From IMG/VR virus record IMGVR_UViG_3300045597_000067, positions 1-32,862 of that record: DNA of 32,862 nucleotides; one strand, given 5' to 3'. Positions 16,721 to 23,671 of the stretch are shown piece by piece. How positions within the stretch are numbered: the first letter of the stretch is position 1; every line of letters begins with the position of its first letter. A model generated the notes under the pieces. That model was not told the DNA's origin and did no database searches. It saw nothing but the letters and a program-made list of their open reading frames with translations. This DNA is from a virus. The position numbers were made by a program, and so were the translations under genes.

Positions 16721-17408
16721 GTGCGAGTTCCTTCATCTCTTTGGCGCGCTGAGCTATTTCGTCCAGTTCGTCGGCTTCCTCGAAAGTCGGCTGCCCTGAT
16801 GATTGCAGCTCAAGAATCTCGCTCACACTCTTCTCGTTGGCTGTGCCCTTGTAGGTGAGATAGTTGCCGTCGTACTTGTACGGCTGCCCGCAATTCAGGC
16901 AGTAGAGTGGCGACGTGTTGCGCTCATACCCGGCCTTGACTCGACGGTAATACGCTTGGTTCATTTCCTCATACGACTTCTTGCCTTCGTCATATTGACG
17001 TTCTGAGGTCGGCCACACAAGTTTGTCACAGCGCGGGCAATGGCTAAATGGCGGTGCCCCTTCAAGCGACTTGGGCGAAGCGTTCACCTGTTTCAGCACG
17101 TTCCAAGCGTCGTTATTCTTGTCCAGCATGTCATTCCACGAGAAGGCGAATCGCATAATGTCGAAGTCGCCGCGCTCGAACTCGGTTCTGAACTTTTGGA
17201 ACGCTGCCACGTCGAAGAACTTGGCATGACTATCAGCAAGCCACAATAGGCACACGATAGGCGAATACGGGAAACGCTTGTACGGATTAACGGCGGCTTC
17301 CACATAGGTGTCGATAATCTCACCGCCCTGACGCTTGCTCACGGTCTGCAAAACTTGTAGACGGCGACTCACCGTCACGATGTTAGAACTCAGGTTCACC
17401 ATCATCAT
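16713..17408 (-). CDS. Hypothetical protein with a CxxC...CxxC zinc ribbon
   Basis: I place the start at ATG 17408 (MMMVNLSS...) just after GGGGG, overlapping the SSB 3' end by 26 nt. The track's longer ORF (to 17525) would overlap SSB by 143 nt. Zinc ribbon residues: HCPRCDK...CLNCGQ. Confidence 0.55.
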   Translation of the reverse strand: MMMVNLSSNIVTVSRRLQVLQTVSKRQGGEIIDTYVEAAVNPYKRFPYSPIVCLLWLADSHAKFFDVAAFQKFRTEFERGDFDIMRFAFSWNDMLDKNNDAWNVLKQVNASPKSLEGAPPFSHCPRCDKLVWPTSERQYDEGKKSYEEMNQAYYRRVKAGYERNTSPLYCLNCGQPYKYDGNYLTYKGTANEKSVSEILELQSSGQPTFEEADELDEIAQRAKEMKELAHA

Positions 17409-17853
17409 TACCCCCAAACTGATTGAATGTGCCATACCCGTCTGATGCCGAAGCACTCGAATATCCGTAGCCACCGCCATAGTTAGCGCTGGAATTGTTG
17501 TTGTTGGACTCTTTGGCCTTCTCAAGTGGTATGGAAACGTAGGCGTTGTTCACCTGAATGTCTGTCGCGGTTTCGCCGTTTGACTTCTGATAGGTCTTGA
17601 CATTCAGATAGCCCGATATGTTCACCTTGTCGCCCTTGTGCAACTGCTCTCGATACGTCTGCATAAGACGGGTGTCGAAGGTGGTCACTGAGAAGAACAT
17701 AGGCGGGTCATTGACAATCTGCCCCGACCGGTCTTTGTGATACGGGTTCACGGCGAATCTGAGTCGCATCATCTCTTTACCGGTGCGGGTATTTGTTACT
17801 TCCGGGTCAGCAGTGAGCCGAGCCGAGGTGATGTCTATGCGTGGCTCAAGCAT
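17383..17853 (-). CDS. ssb: Single-stranded DNA-binding protein
   Basis: OB-fold pattern (LTADPEV...FAV...FFSVTTF...LHKGDKVNISGYL), a Gly/Ser/Tyr-rich tail and an acidic tip DDGEPEF. ATG is 8 nt after AAGGGGGA. Confidence 0.85.
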   Translation of the reverse strand: MLEPRIDITSARLTADPEVTNTRTGKEMMRLRFAVNPYHKDRSGQIVNDPPMFFSVTTFDTRLMQTYREQLHKGDKVNISGYLNVKTYQKSNGETATDIQVNNAYVSIPLEKAKESNNNNSSANYGGGYGYSSASASDGYGTFNQFGGNDDGEPEF

Positions 17854-18043
17854 CGTTTGTATCCCCCTTGTCTTGGTTCTTGAGTGCTTCCAATGCTGCG
17901 GGCATCTCGATACGCCAGTCGCGGCCTATCTTGATAGCGGGTATCTTTCCGCTTCGCAGCATTCGGCGCACTGTGAATGTGCTGATGCTGACAATCTCAG
18001 AAAACTCGGTAGGTGAGATGTATGTTATTGGTGATTTGGGCAT
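17846..18043 (-). CDS. Excisionase-family (MerR-like) HTH DNA-binding protein; probable early regulator
   Basis: A 65-aa ORF. YISPTEFSEIVSISTFTVRRMLRSGKIPAIKIGRDWRI is the Xis/AlpA-type HTH pattern. It is the first gene of the minus arm and has no SD upstream. Confidence 0.65.
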   Translation of the reverse strand: MPKSPITYISPTEFSEIVSISTFTVRRMLRSGKIPAIKIGRDWRIEMPAALEALKNQDKGDTNDA

Positions 18044-18072
18044 GTCTACACTATAGCACTATATGAACCACA
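18044..18072. promoter_or_regulatory. Divergent promoter/operator region with duplicated CACTATA (TATAGT on the minus strand)
   Basis: The 29-bp sequence is gtctacactatagcactatatgaaccaca. CACTATA occurs at 18049-18055 and 18057-18063. On the minus strand, TGCTATAGT (an extended -10) ends 6 nt before ATG 18043. On the plus strand, TATATG (18060-65) ends 7 nt before ATG 18073, with TTGGGC 18 nt upstream. Neither gene has an SD. Confidence 0.4.
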
Positions 18073-19119
18073 ATGTACCTCGGCGTGTCTCATGATACAG
18101 TTGTCAGCATGACGAAGAACCTCAATCAGCCCGAACCGTCTAGCGGGCAGTCATGGATAAAGCTAGATACCGCGATACTTGATAGCGAGAAACTGCTCAA
18201 GCTCGAAGAGACAGACCCGGGCGCGTGCTGGATATGGCTAAAAAGCATCACGCTAGCTTTCAGACGTGATACAGACGGATATATCGGGGAAGTCCAAGCG
18301 AAGCGCACGCTATTCGCATCACCTGAACAGATACGCCTATTAGTCGATTCAGGGCTATGGGAGCAAACCAAAGGCGGTTATCTCGTACACGATTACCTCT
18401 CGCACCAAATGAGCGCCGAGGAACGAGAGAAGCGACGGGAGAAGCGACGGGCAGCCGGTCGCAAAGGCGGCAGACCTCGCAAGAGCCAAGACGAAACCGA
18501 ATCGAAACCGACCGGGTTACCCGAAAGCGCCACCACCAAAAAGCAAGGTGTTAACCAATGTGCTAAGCACGTTGCTAACCAAGGTGCTAACCAAATGCTA
18601 AGCACTTTGCCAAGCAGAGAGAGAGAGAGAGAGAAAGAGATATTAATACCCCTTATAGTCCCCCAAAATTCGCAATCCGTTAACAGCGTCCCGGATGATG
18701 GAAGGACAGCAGAAGCATTCAGGGAGTTCAGACGAATGTGGCCGAAGAAAGGCGGGAGCGTGAGCAGTGTGCAGACGGCTTTCAATGACGCGGCAAGGAA
18801 GGTCGGGCTTGATGTCCTGATGCAGTCGGCACGCTCATATCTCATTCGGGAGCAGAACAACGAGAACTATCGCTATGTGAAGCACGCGGCTAATTGGCTC
18901 AGTGACGATTCTTGTATCGGTGATAGCCCGGCCAAGGCTGTGCGGTCTGCTGATGACCGTAGCGAAGCGGGGCTAGCGCGGTGGTTGGAAGAGCACCCGG
19001 AGTTCGATTACATCGCGGCCAAGCGACTGTATTTTGGCGTTAGGCAGACACATGCCGAAGCGATTGACAAGCTGAATCAGGAGAACGCGACACGCCGAAG
19101 CCGTGCGCTCGGTTCATAG
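18073..19119 (+). CDS. Putative replication initiator / replisome-organizer-like protein
   Basis: A 348-aa ORF, the first gene of the plus arm. Its N-terminal domain (WIKLDTAILDSEKL...LWEQTKGGYLVHDYLSHQMSAEERE) and C-terminal domain are separated by a basic, repeat-encoded linker that carries the iteron array. An alternative start is ATG 18109. Confidence 0.55.
   Translation: MYLGVSHDTVVSMTKNLNQPEPSSGQSWIKLDTAILDSEKLLKLEETDPGACWIWLKSITLAFRRDTDGYIGEVQAKRTLFASPEQIRLLVDSGLWEQTKGGYLVHDYLSHQMSAEEREKRREKRRAAGRKGGRPRKSQDETESKPTGLPESATTKKQGVNQCAKHVANQGANQMLSTLPSREREREKEILIPLIVPQNSQSVNSVPDDGRTAEAFREFRRMWPKKGGSVSSVQTAFNDAARKVGLDVLMQSARSYLIREQNNENYRYVKHAANWLSDDSCIGDSPAKAVRSADDRSEAGLARWLEEHPEFDYIAAKRLYFGVRQTHAEAIDKLNQENATRRSRALGS
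18547..18606. repeat. Five phased 12-bp iterons (candidate origin of replication)
   Basis: The copies are ggtgttaaccaa tgtgctaagcac gttgctaaccaa ggtgctaaccaa a-tgctaagcac. The core is TG(C/T)TAA(C/G)CA, with spacing 12, 12, 12 and 11 nt. Confidence 0.6.
18616..18634. repeat. (AG)9 dinucleotide tract inside the replication gene
   Basis: The sequence agagagagagagagagaga was read directly. It encodes REREREKE. Confidence 0.9.
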
Positions 19120-19162
19120 TGGTGGTAGTCTGTAACTACCAGCACAAAGAAAGGTATCGAAA
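19119..19162 (+). promoter_or_regulatory. Conserved stem-loop + RBS junction element, copy A
   Basis: gtggtggtagt ctgta actaccagcac aaagaaaggtatc gaaa ATG. It shares aactaccagcacaa(a/c)gaaaggtatc with 22717-22757. Confidence 0.55.
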
Positions 19163-19396
19163 ATGTCACTCAAGAACGTTAACGAAACTTACACCATCTC
19201 AGACGGCGCGGAAACCATTACGAACGTCAGCAAGTACGACTTCAAAGAATCAATCTCAAGAATGTTTGAGATTACAAGCGATGAAGCGTCCAAGGAAGTT
19301 GAGTCTGTCATTAGCGAATTGGCAGAGAAGGCCGAGCGTGGCGACGATTACTCAGCCGAATGCGCCTACCTTGACATAACCATCACGCTTGAATAA
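19163..19396 (+). CDS. Hypothetical acidic protein
   Basis: A 77-aa ORF with ATG after GAAAGGTATC. The overlapping ORF 19119..19379 has no RBS. Confidence 0.6.
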   Translation: MSLKNVNETYTISDGAETITNVSKYDFKESISRMFEITSDEASKEVESVISELAEKAERGDDYSAECAYLDITITLE

Positions 19397-19406
19397 TCCG
19401 CACCTT

Positions 19407-19430
19407 GTGCCCCGTCACCACGGCGGGCAC
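19407..19430 (+). promoter_or_regulatory. Intergenic hairpin H1 preceding an AAGGGGTAAT RBS
   Basis: A 6-bp GC stem, gtgccc / gggcac, between stop 19396 and ATG 19455. Confidence 0.35.
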
Positions 19431-19454
19431 GCCAACAACTAAGGGGTAATCACA

Positions 19455-20162
19455 ATGGGACTGGAAACCGCAAGCAAGGAATTCCTCACCAAATTCTTCA
19501 AAGCACGCAATGACATGCCGAAGCTCTACACCGATACCCGGGGAGAGATACCGGGCGCTAAGGGCAACCGCATATACAATTGGCTTGCGCTCAACTCACT
19601 GATTGAGAAGATTGAACCGCACCTGAATAAGAATGGCCTGATGTTCACTCAGCCCATCGAGTTTCTGTACAATCCGAGCGATGCCAACAACGGCTTGCAA
19701 ATTGCGACGATTAACACGTTCTTCTTCTCGCAGACCGAAGCCGTGAAAATGTCCGGCTACCCATATGTAGTGACCGGCGACCCTCAATCGAATGGTTCCT
19801 CGGTATCCTACGGGCGACGATACAGCTTGTACGGCATCCTCGGTATCTTCCCTCAAAAGGATGACGACGGGCGCAAAGCGTGGGAGTACGAACACGGCGT
19901 GACCGCAGCGAAAGCGGCAAACGCTCAGAAGCCGAAGAATGAACCGAATGCTGATGGTATCAGCCGTGAGGATGCTTACAAGCTGCGCGACCTTGCCAAG
20001 CAAATCGACGGGTTCAATCTTCTCGCCTACGCTTCGGCAAAGCTGCATCGTCAGGTCACCCGGCTCAGCCAATTCAGCAAGGCCGAAGGCGCTGAGATGC
20101 TGACAGACGTTAACTTGCTTATCCGCGATGTCGAAGCTCAGCAGCAAGGCGCGGCATCATGA
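19455..20162 (+). CDS. ERF-family single-strand annealing recombinase
   Basis: A 235-aa ORF. NRIYNWLALNSLIEKIEPHLNKNGLMFTQP and SYGRRYSLYGILGI match the ERF core pattern. Confidence 0.7.
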   Translation: MGLETASKEFLTKFFKARNDMPKLYTDTRGEIPGAKGNRIYNWLALNSLIEKIEPHLNKNGLMFTQPIEFLYNPSDANNGLQIATINTFFFSQTEAVKMSGYPYVVTGDPQSNGSSVSYGRRYSLYGILGIFPQKDDDGRKAWEYEHGVTAAKAANAQKPKNEPNADGISREDAYKLRDLAKQIDGFNLLAYASAKLHRQVTRLSQFSKAEGAEMLTDVNLLIRDVEAQQQGAAS

Positions 20163-20407
20163 AGCGCCGCATCCTTCTCACGCTGATTATCTTGTCTTGC
20201 ATCCTCGAAGTTGTGCTGATGGTGCTACTCGTGACATGTAAGACAGTTGCCCAAGGTGGGGCAATGGCATGGCCGCCCACCTACTTTGTTCTTATGTTCG
20301 TCGTGTTCATAGGCTTGTTTCGACTGATGGAACTGCTCGAAGATGACAAGGCGGCACATAACAGAAAACACAATCACCCTCACCTGAATGGAGAGAACAA
20401 CAAATGA
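20159..20407 (+). CDS. Small membrane protein (two TM segments)
   Basis: An 82-aa ORF with hydrophobic segments ILLTLIILSCILEVVLMVLLV and YFVLMFVVFIGLF. It has 4-nt overlaps with both neighbours. Confidence 0.6.
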   Translation: MKRRILLTLIILSCILEVVLMVLLVTCKTVAQGGAMAWPPTYFVLMFVVFIGLFRLMELLEDDKAAHNRKHNHPHLNGENNK

Positions 20408-21543
20408 ATATCCTCGACGTATCACAAGAAGCCGAAACAGACGCTTGGCTTGCAGCGCGACGCGGCCTTGTCACCGGTACCAAGTCGGGCGAATTGGCTC
20501 TTGAACATTACAGCGTTATCGACCCGGAAACGATTGTGCAGCGCAAGATGAATATGATTGCCAAGGCCGAAGAGCAGCATGACTTGGCGACGCAAATGCG
20601 CAAGAAGCACGATGACATCGACAAGAAGATGGAATTGTCCGCGAGTTGGGCAGAGAAGGCCAAAACAGCGAAAACCGAAGCGACGGCCAAGAAGAACCTC
20701 GACAAGTCAAAGGAATACGTGGCGCAAGCCGAAGAGCTGAAAGCCAAGCACCTTGAGAAGGCGAAAGAGATTGACGCGAAGGCGAATGAGCTGCTAGACA
20801 AGGCTCAGGAACTCGACAAGCAAATCTCTGATGCTCGACTCGCTAGCATGAAGCTCAAGGTTACTTCGGGCTACTACGGGTATCTTGCCGAGTCGTTGGC
20901 CGAGGAAGCAACCGGCGAAAACCCCGCCGAGCGTGGTCACCGCCTTGAGAATGAAAACGCGATGATTACCGTTCACAAGCTCGGCATTCCCGAGAGCACC
21001 GCGAATTTTGACCCGGGTATTTGGGTGAGCGATGACTTCCCCCGGCTTGCGGTATCCCCTGACGTTCACGAAGTGAATCTCGAACCGACGTGGGCTATCG
21101 AGTGCAAAAGTCTTGGCTCAGCGAATCATTTCGCGGCTGTGGTGCCTATCTTGACATATCGCCGTATCAAAGCGATACGAGACTTTCAGGACACCGGCGC
21201 CACGGTAGCCGATACCGTACAGACCGAATGCAACGAACTGATACAGCTTGCCGCTTGCACGATGCCTGAATATGTGTACAACGGCCAAGGCCGCGAGTTC
21301 GACTTCGTGCCTGACAAGTACAAGGCTCAGGCGTTGCAGTACTTCGTGGTGAATGACGCGCTGCAAACGCTGTACTTCTCGTTTTACGATGACCGGGTGT
21401 ATTCGGACGATTTGCGCCATGTGTTCCTGACCATCACCCGCGACAGCATCGCTACCGATATTGAGCACCACAAGGCCGCTCAGCTTGACTCTCTCATGTT
21501 CATCGACACCATTCAAAACTATCTCGTAGGAGTGAATTACTAA
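20404..21543 (+). CDS. YqaJ / lambda-Exo-like PD-(D/E)XK exonuclease with a coiled-coil insertion
   Basis: DAWLAARRGLVTGTKSGELA (YqaJ N-motif), SPDVHEV...WAIECKS (D...ExK), and QALQYFVV...LYFSFYD. Between the first and second motifs lies a K/E/A-rich segment of about 105 aa. Confidence 0.7.
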   Translation: MNILDVSQEAETDAWLAARRGLVTGTKSGELALEHYSVIDPETIVQRKMNMIAKAEEQHDLATQMRKKHDDIDKKMELSASWAEKAKTAKTEATAKKNLDKSKEYVAQAEELKAKHLEKAKEIDAKANELLDKAQELDKQISDARLASMKLKVTSGYYGYLAESLAEEATGENPAERGHRLENENAMITVHKLGIPESTANFDPGIWVSDDFPRLAVSPDVHEVNLEPTWAIECKSLGSANHFAAVVPILTYRRIKAIRDFQDTGATVADTVQTECNELIQLAACTMPEYVYNGQGREFDFVPDKYKAQALQYFVVNDALQTLYFSFYDDRVYSDDLRHVFLTITRDSIATDIEHHKAAQLDSLMFIDTIQNYLVGVNY

Positions 21544-21803
21544 TGAGAACCATTTCTAAAGAAGCTATGTACCTTCTGCCCGACGGTTGTGCCACATGTG
21601 GCAGCGAGAGCATGAGACTACTCACGTCGGGACGCTCAGCAGCTAACCGTCTCGGTGGCAGCCTGATTGTCGCTGAGCCGGGTAACACCATCTATGAGCC
21701 GCTGCTAGCCGAAGCTAAGGCCGCGAAAATCTCAGCACCGGCGCTGCTCATTAACGGCGTGTGGTTCACCGACTCGCTGCAAGTGGACGGGCTAGGCAAA
21801 TGA
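21543..21803 (+). CDS. Hypothetical protein
   Basis: An 86-aa ORF whose start overlaps the upstream stop by 1 nt. Confidence 0.55.
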   Translation: MRTISKEAMYLLPDGCATCGSESMRLLTSGRSAANRLGGSLIVAEPGNTIYEPLLAEAKAAKISAPALLINGVWFTDSLQVDGLGK

Positions 21804-22189
21804 GATTAATGCGAACCATTCTCATAGCCGGAGTAATCTCCGGCTATGCCGCCACAGCCTTGCAGCTCACCAATGGGGCGCACGGGCTTATCAAGCGGGC
21901 ACGCGACACTTACACCTCTGCGATAGACCGTAAGGCCGATAGCGTCGTCACGGGCGAAGAGTCTGATGCCGACACCGAAGAGCAGCACCGGCGCAAGGCC
22001 ACGAACGTCCGAACTTGGAAAGAGCTTGCTACATGCGGTTGGTGCATAGCGCCGTATGTCACCGTACCGGCCTATATCGTCACAGCAAGCGCACTGAGGG
22101 ACAAACAACGCTTGTCGGCACACTTAGTAGGGGTAGCCGCTGCTAGCGCCGTGGCGGCCTTCCTACGGCATTTCTCAAACATCTACTAG
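21800..22189 (+). CDS. Membrane protein with a CGWC motif
   Basis: I place the start at ATG 21800 (ATGA overlap): MRLMRTILIAGVISGYAATAL.... It has N- and C-terminal hydrophobic segments and the motif CGWCIAPYV. Confidence 0.55.
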   Translation: MRLMRTILIAGVISGYAATALQLTNGAHGLIKRARDTYTSAIDRKADSVVTGEESDADTEEQHRRKATNVRTWKELATCGWCIAPYVTVPAYIVTASALRDKQRLSAHLVGVAAASAVAAFLRHFSNIY

Positions 22190-22209
22190 ACACGAGGGGA
22201 ATAAGGGAT

Positions 22210-22707
22210 ATGGAGCAACCACAGACAGAGCAGCTAATAGACAGCGTGTGGCAGCAAGTGGAAGTCTACAAAGGCTCAATGCGAGAGCTAGTGGACAAGG
22301 TTGTGCGACTGACTCTCAAGGAAGTGGCCGAGAAGGTAGACGTTAACACGCCTGACAGCGTGGCAGCACCTACCCGGGCACACTCACCGATTACCAGCAT
22401 CGAAGCCGCTAGACGGGTGCATCTCAGTGCGCAGAAGGTGCGCGTTATGAAGCTGCTCAAGGCGGCAGCGGGCAAGCCGATTAGTGACTTCGACTTGCAT
22501 AGCGCAGCGCATCGAATCGGTTGGAACGATACCAAAAACGGGCTAGGGACTAGGCGCAATGAATTGCAGCGCCTTGGCCTTGTCTCGTACTCGGACAATC
22601 GGGGGATTACCCCGACCGGGGGAAGGTGTCAGCGTTTTGTGTTGTCGCCGCTTGGCGAAGCGTGGTTCGATGCCCATTTGGATAGCGCGACACGCCGTAT
22701 TGCCTGA
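22210..22707 (+). CDS. Winged-helix DNA-binding protein
   Basis: A 165-aa ORF. KVRVMKLLKAAAGKPISDFDLHSAA...TRRNELQRLGLVSYSD looks like a MarR-type wHTH. Confidence 0.5.
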   Translation: MEQPQTEQLIDSVWQQVEVYKGSMRELVDKVVRLTLKEVAEKVDVNTPDSVAAPTRAHSPITSIEAARRVHLSAQKVRVMKLLKAAAGKPISDFDLHSAAHRIGWNDTKNGLGTRRNELQRLGLVSYSDNRGITPTGGRCQRFVLSPLGEAWFDAHLDSATRRIA

Positions 22708-22716
22708 CCTGAGTAG

Positions 22717-22757
22717 GTGTGGTAGATTTTAACTACCAGCACAACGAAAGGTATCAC
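22717..22757 (+). promoter_or_regulatory. Conserved stem-loop + RBS junction element, copy B
   Basis: gtgtggtag atttta actaccagcac aacgaaaggtatc ac ATG. It matches copy A at 24 of 25 positions. Confidence 0.55.
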
Positions 22758-23000
22758 ATGGACAGCCTAAGCATCGAACTCAGCACCACTCTTAACGGGT
22801 TCACCTTCGTGGCAACAATCACCGCAAGAATCTACGCCGAGATTGAACACGAGGATGAACGCGGCAAGTTTTGGAAAACAGAGTGTGTGTGGAGAGAGAC
22901 AACAACCGTTCCTTCTGAGGATGTTGAATCAATCCGCGAGTACGAAGCCAAGGCTAGGGAGTCCGCCGAAGCCAAGATGCTGACGTTGCAAGCCAAGTAA
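22758..23000 (+). CDS. Hypothetical protein
   Basis: Start placed at ATG 22758 after GAAAGGTATC (MDSLSIEL...). The track's GTG start at 22719 lies inside the stem-loop. Confidence 0.55.
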   Translation: MDSLSIELSTTLNGFTFVATITARIYAEIEHEDERGKFWKTECVWRETTTVPSEDVESIREYEAKARESAEAKMLTLQAK

Positions 23001-23007
23001 TCGACCG

Positions 23008-23034
23008 GGGGCGCTAGTTAAGCGCTAGCGCCCC
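23008..23034 (+). terminator. Intergenic hairpin H2 (10-bp GC-rich stem, no U-tract)
   Basis: ggggcgctag ttaagcg ctagcgcccc, followed by accacaccAAAGGGGTATCaccATG. Confidence 0.45.
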
Positions 23035-23056
23035 ACCACACCAAAGGGGTATCACC

Positions 23057-23302
23057 ATGTATCAGCCGGAAACCGTAGACCAAACAGCGAAGAAGCCGCC
23101 ACTCTCTTCAATCTTCGACGAAGCCACTTGCCTAGAAGGGTATAGCGACCTAAGTGGCGCAATATCCTCTATCGACAAAGACCAAGCGGTTGACGATGAA
23201 TCAGGGAAGGCATTCTATAGCCAATACCGCCTCACTGTTGCTAGTGGCGATTTTTATTGGTACAGCGCCGAAGAGATGGAAGCCTTCGCAAAGACTTGGT
23301 AA
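23057..23302 (+). CDS. Hypothetical protein bracketed by hairpins H2 and H3
   Basis: An 81-aa ORF with ATG 5 nt after AAAGGGGTATC. Confidence 0.6.
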   Translation: MYQPETVDQTAKKPPLSSIFDEATCLEGYSDLSGAISSIDKDQAVDDESGKAFYSQYRLTVASGDFYWYSAEEMEAFAKTW

Positions 23303-23310
23303 CCACAACC

Positions 23311-23335
23311 GGGGCTAGAGAAAGTCTCTAGCCCC
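23311..23335 (+). terminator. Intergenic hairpin H3 (11-bp stem, no U-tract)
   Basis: ggggctagaga aag tctctagcccc, followed by actaatcAAAGGGGTATCgcaATG. Confidence 0.45.
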
Positions 23336-23356
23336 ACTAATCAAAGGGGTATCGCA

Positions 23357-23671
23357 ATGAGCATCATCATGGCAAGAGGAATGGTAGACAGCGTAAACGA
23401 GAGCAGTCTCAAAAAATGGAACGAAGTGACAGATATGGAGTTAACTGTACGAGTTCTCCGACTGCTCCCCTTCCTGCAATACTCGGCACAAGATGGAAGT
23501 ATCAAGCCGCGTCTTGTGAGCGCCGAAGAAGGCGACATTATCCGCAAGCTGGAAGATAAGGGGCTTGTCGAATGGAGCGCTTCGGGACGATTCAACTTCA
23601 CAAGCCGAGAGTTCGCCCGAGCTATCGCAGACGTGTTGTTCGATACCTATTCGGGTACCGGTCAGGCATGA
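23357..23671 (+). CDS. Hypothetical protein (possible winged helix)
   Basis: A 104-aa ORF. EEGDIIRKLEDKGLVEW resembles a wHTH recognition region. The functional call is weak. Confidence 0.5.
   Translation: MSIIMARGMVDSVNESSLKKWNEVTDMELTVRVLRLLPFLQYSAQDGSIKPRLVSAEEGDIIRKLEDKGLVEWSASGRFNFTSREFARAIADVLFDTYSGTGQA

Noticed and set aside
17409-17525. An upstream extension of ORF 16713..17525 overlapping SSB by 143 nt
   Set aside because: An internal ATG at 17408, preceded by GGGGG, gives a normal short overlap. The extension is read out of frame through the SSB C-terminal tail.
18547-18606. The short repeat array considered as a CRISPR array
   Set aside because: The repeats are 12 bp long and contiguous with no spacers, and they lie inside a CDS. 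There are no cas genes. An iteron or origin interpretation fits better.
19119-19379. Track ORF 19119..19379 and the GTG start at 22719, whose N-termini look similar (NYQHKERY / NYQHNERY)
   Set aside because: The peptide similarity is a by-product of the conserved non-coding stem-loop/RBS element. The real genes start at ATG 19163 and ATG 22758, directly after the shared RBS.
18393-20147. Minus-strand ORFs 18393..18860 (155 aa) and 19596..20147 (183 aa)
   Set aside because: They are antisense to the replication and ERF genes, have no RBS and have low-complexity translations. They are typical shadow ORFs in GC-rich coding DNA.
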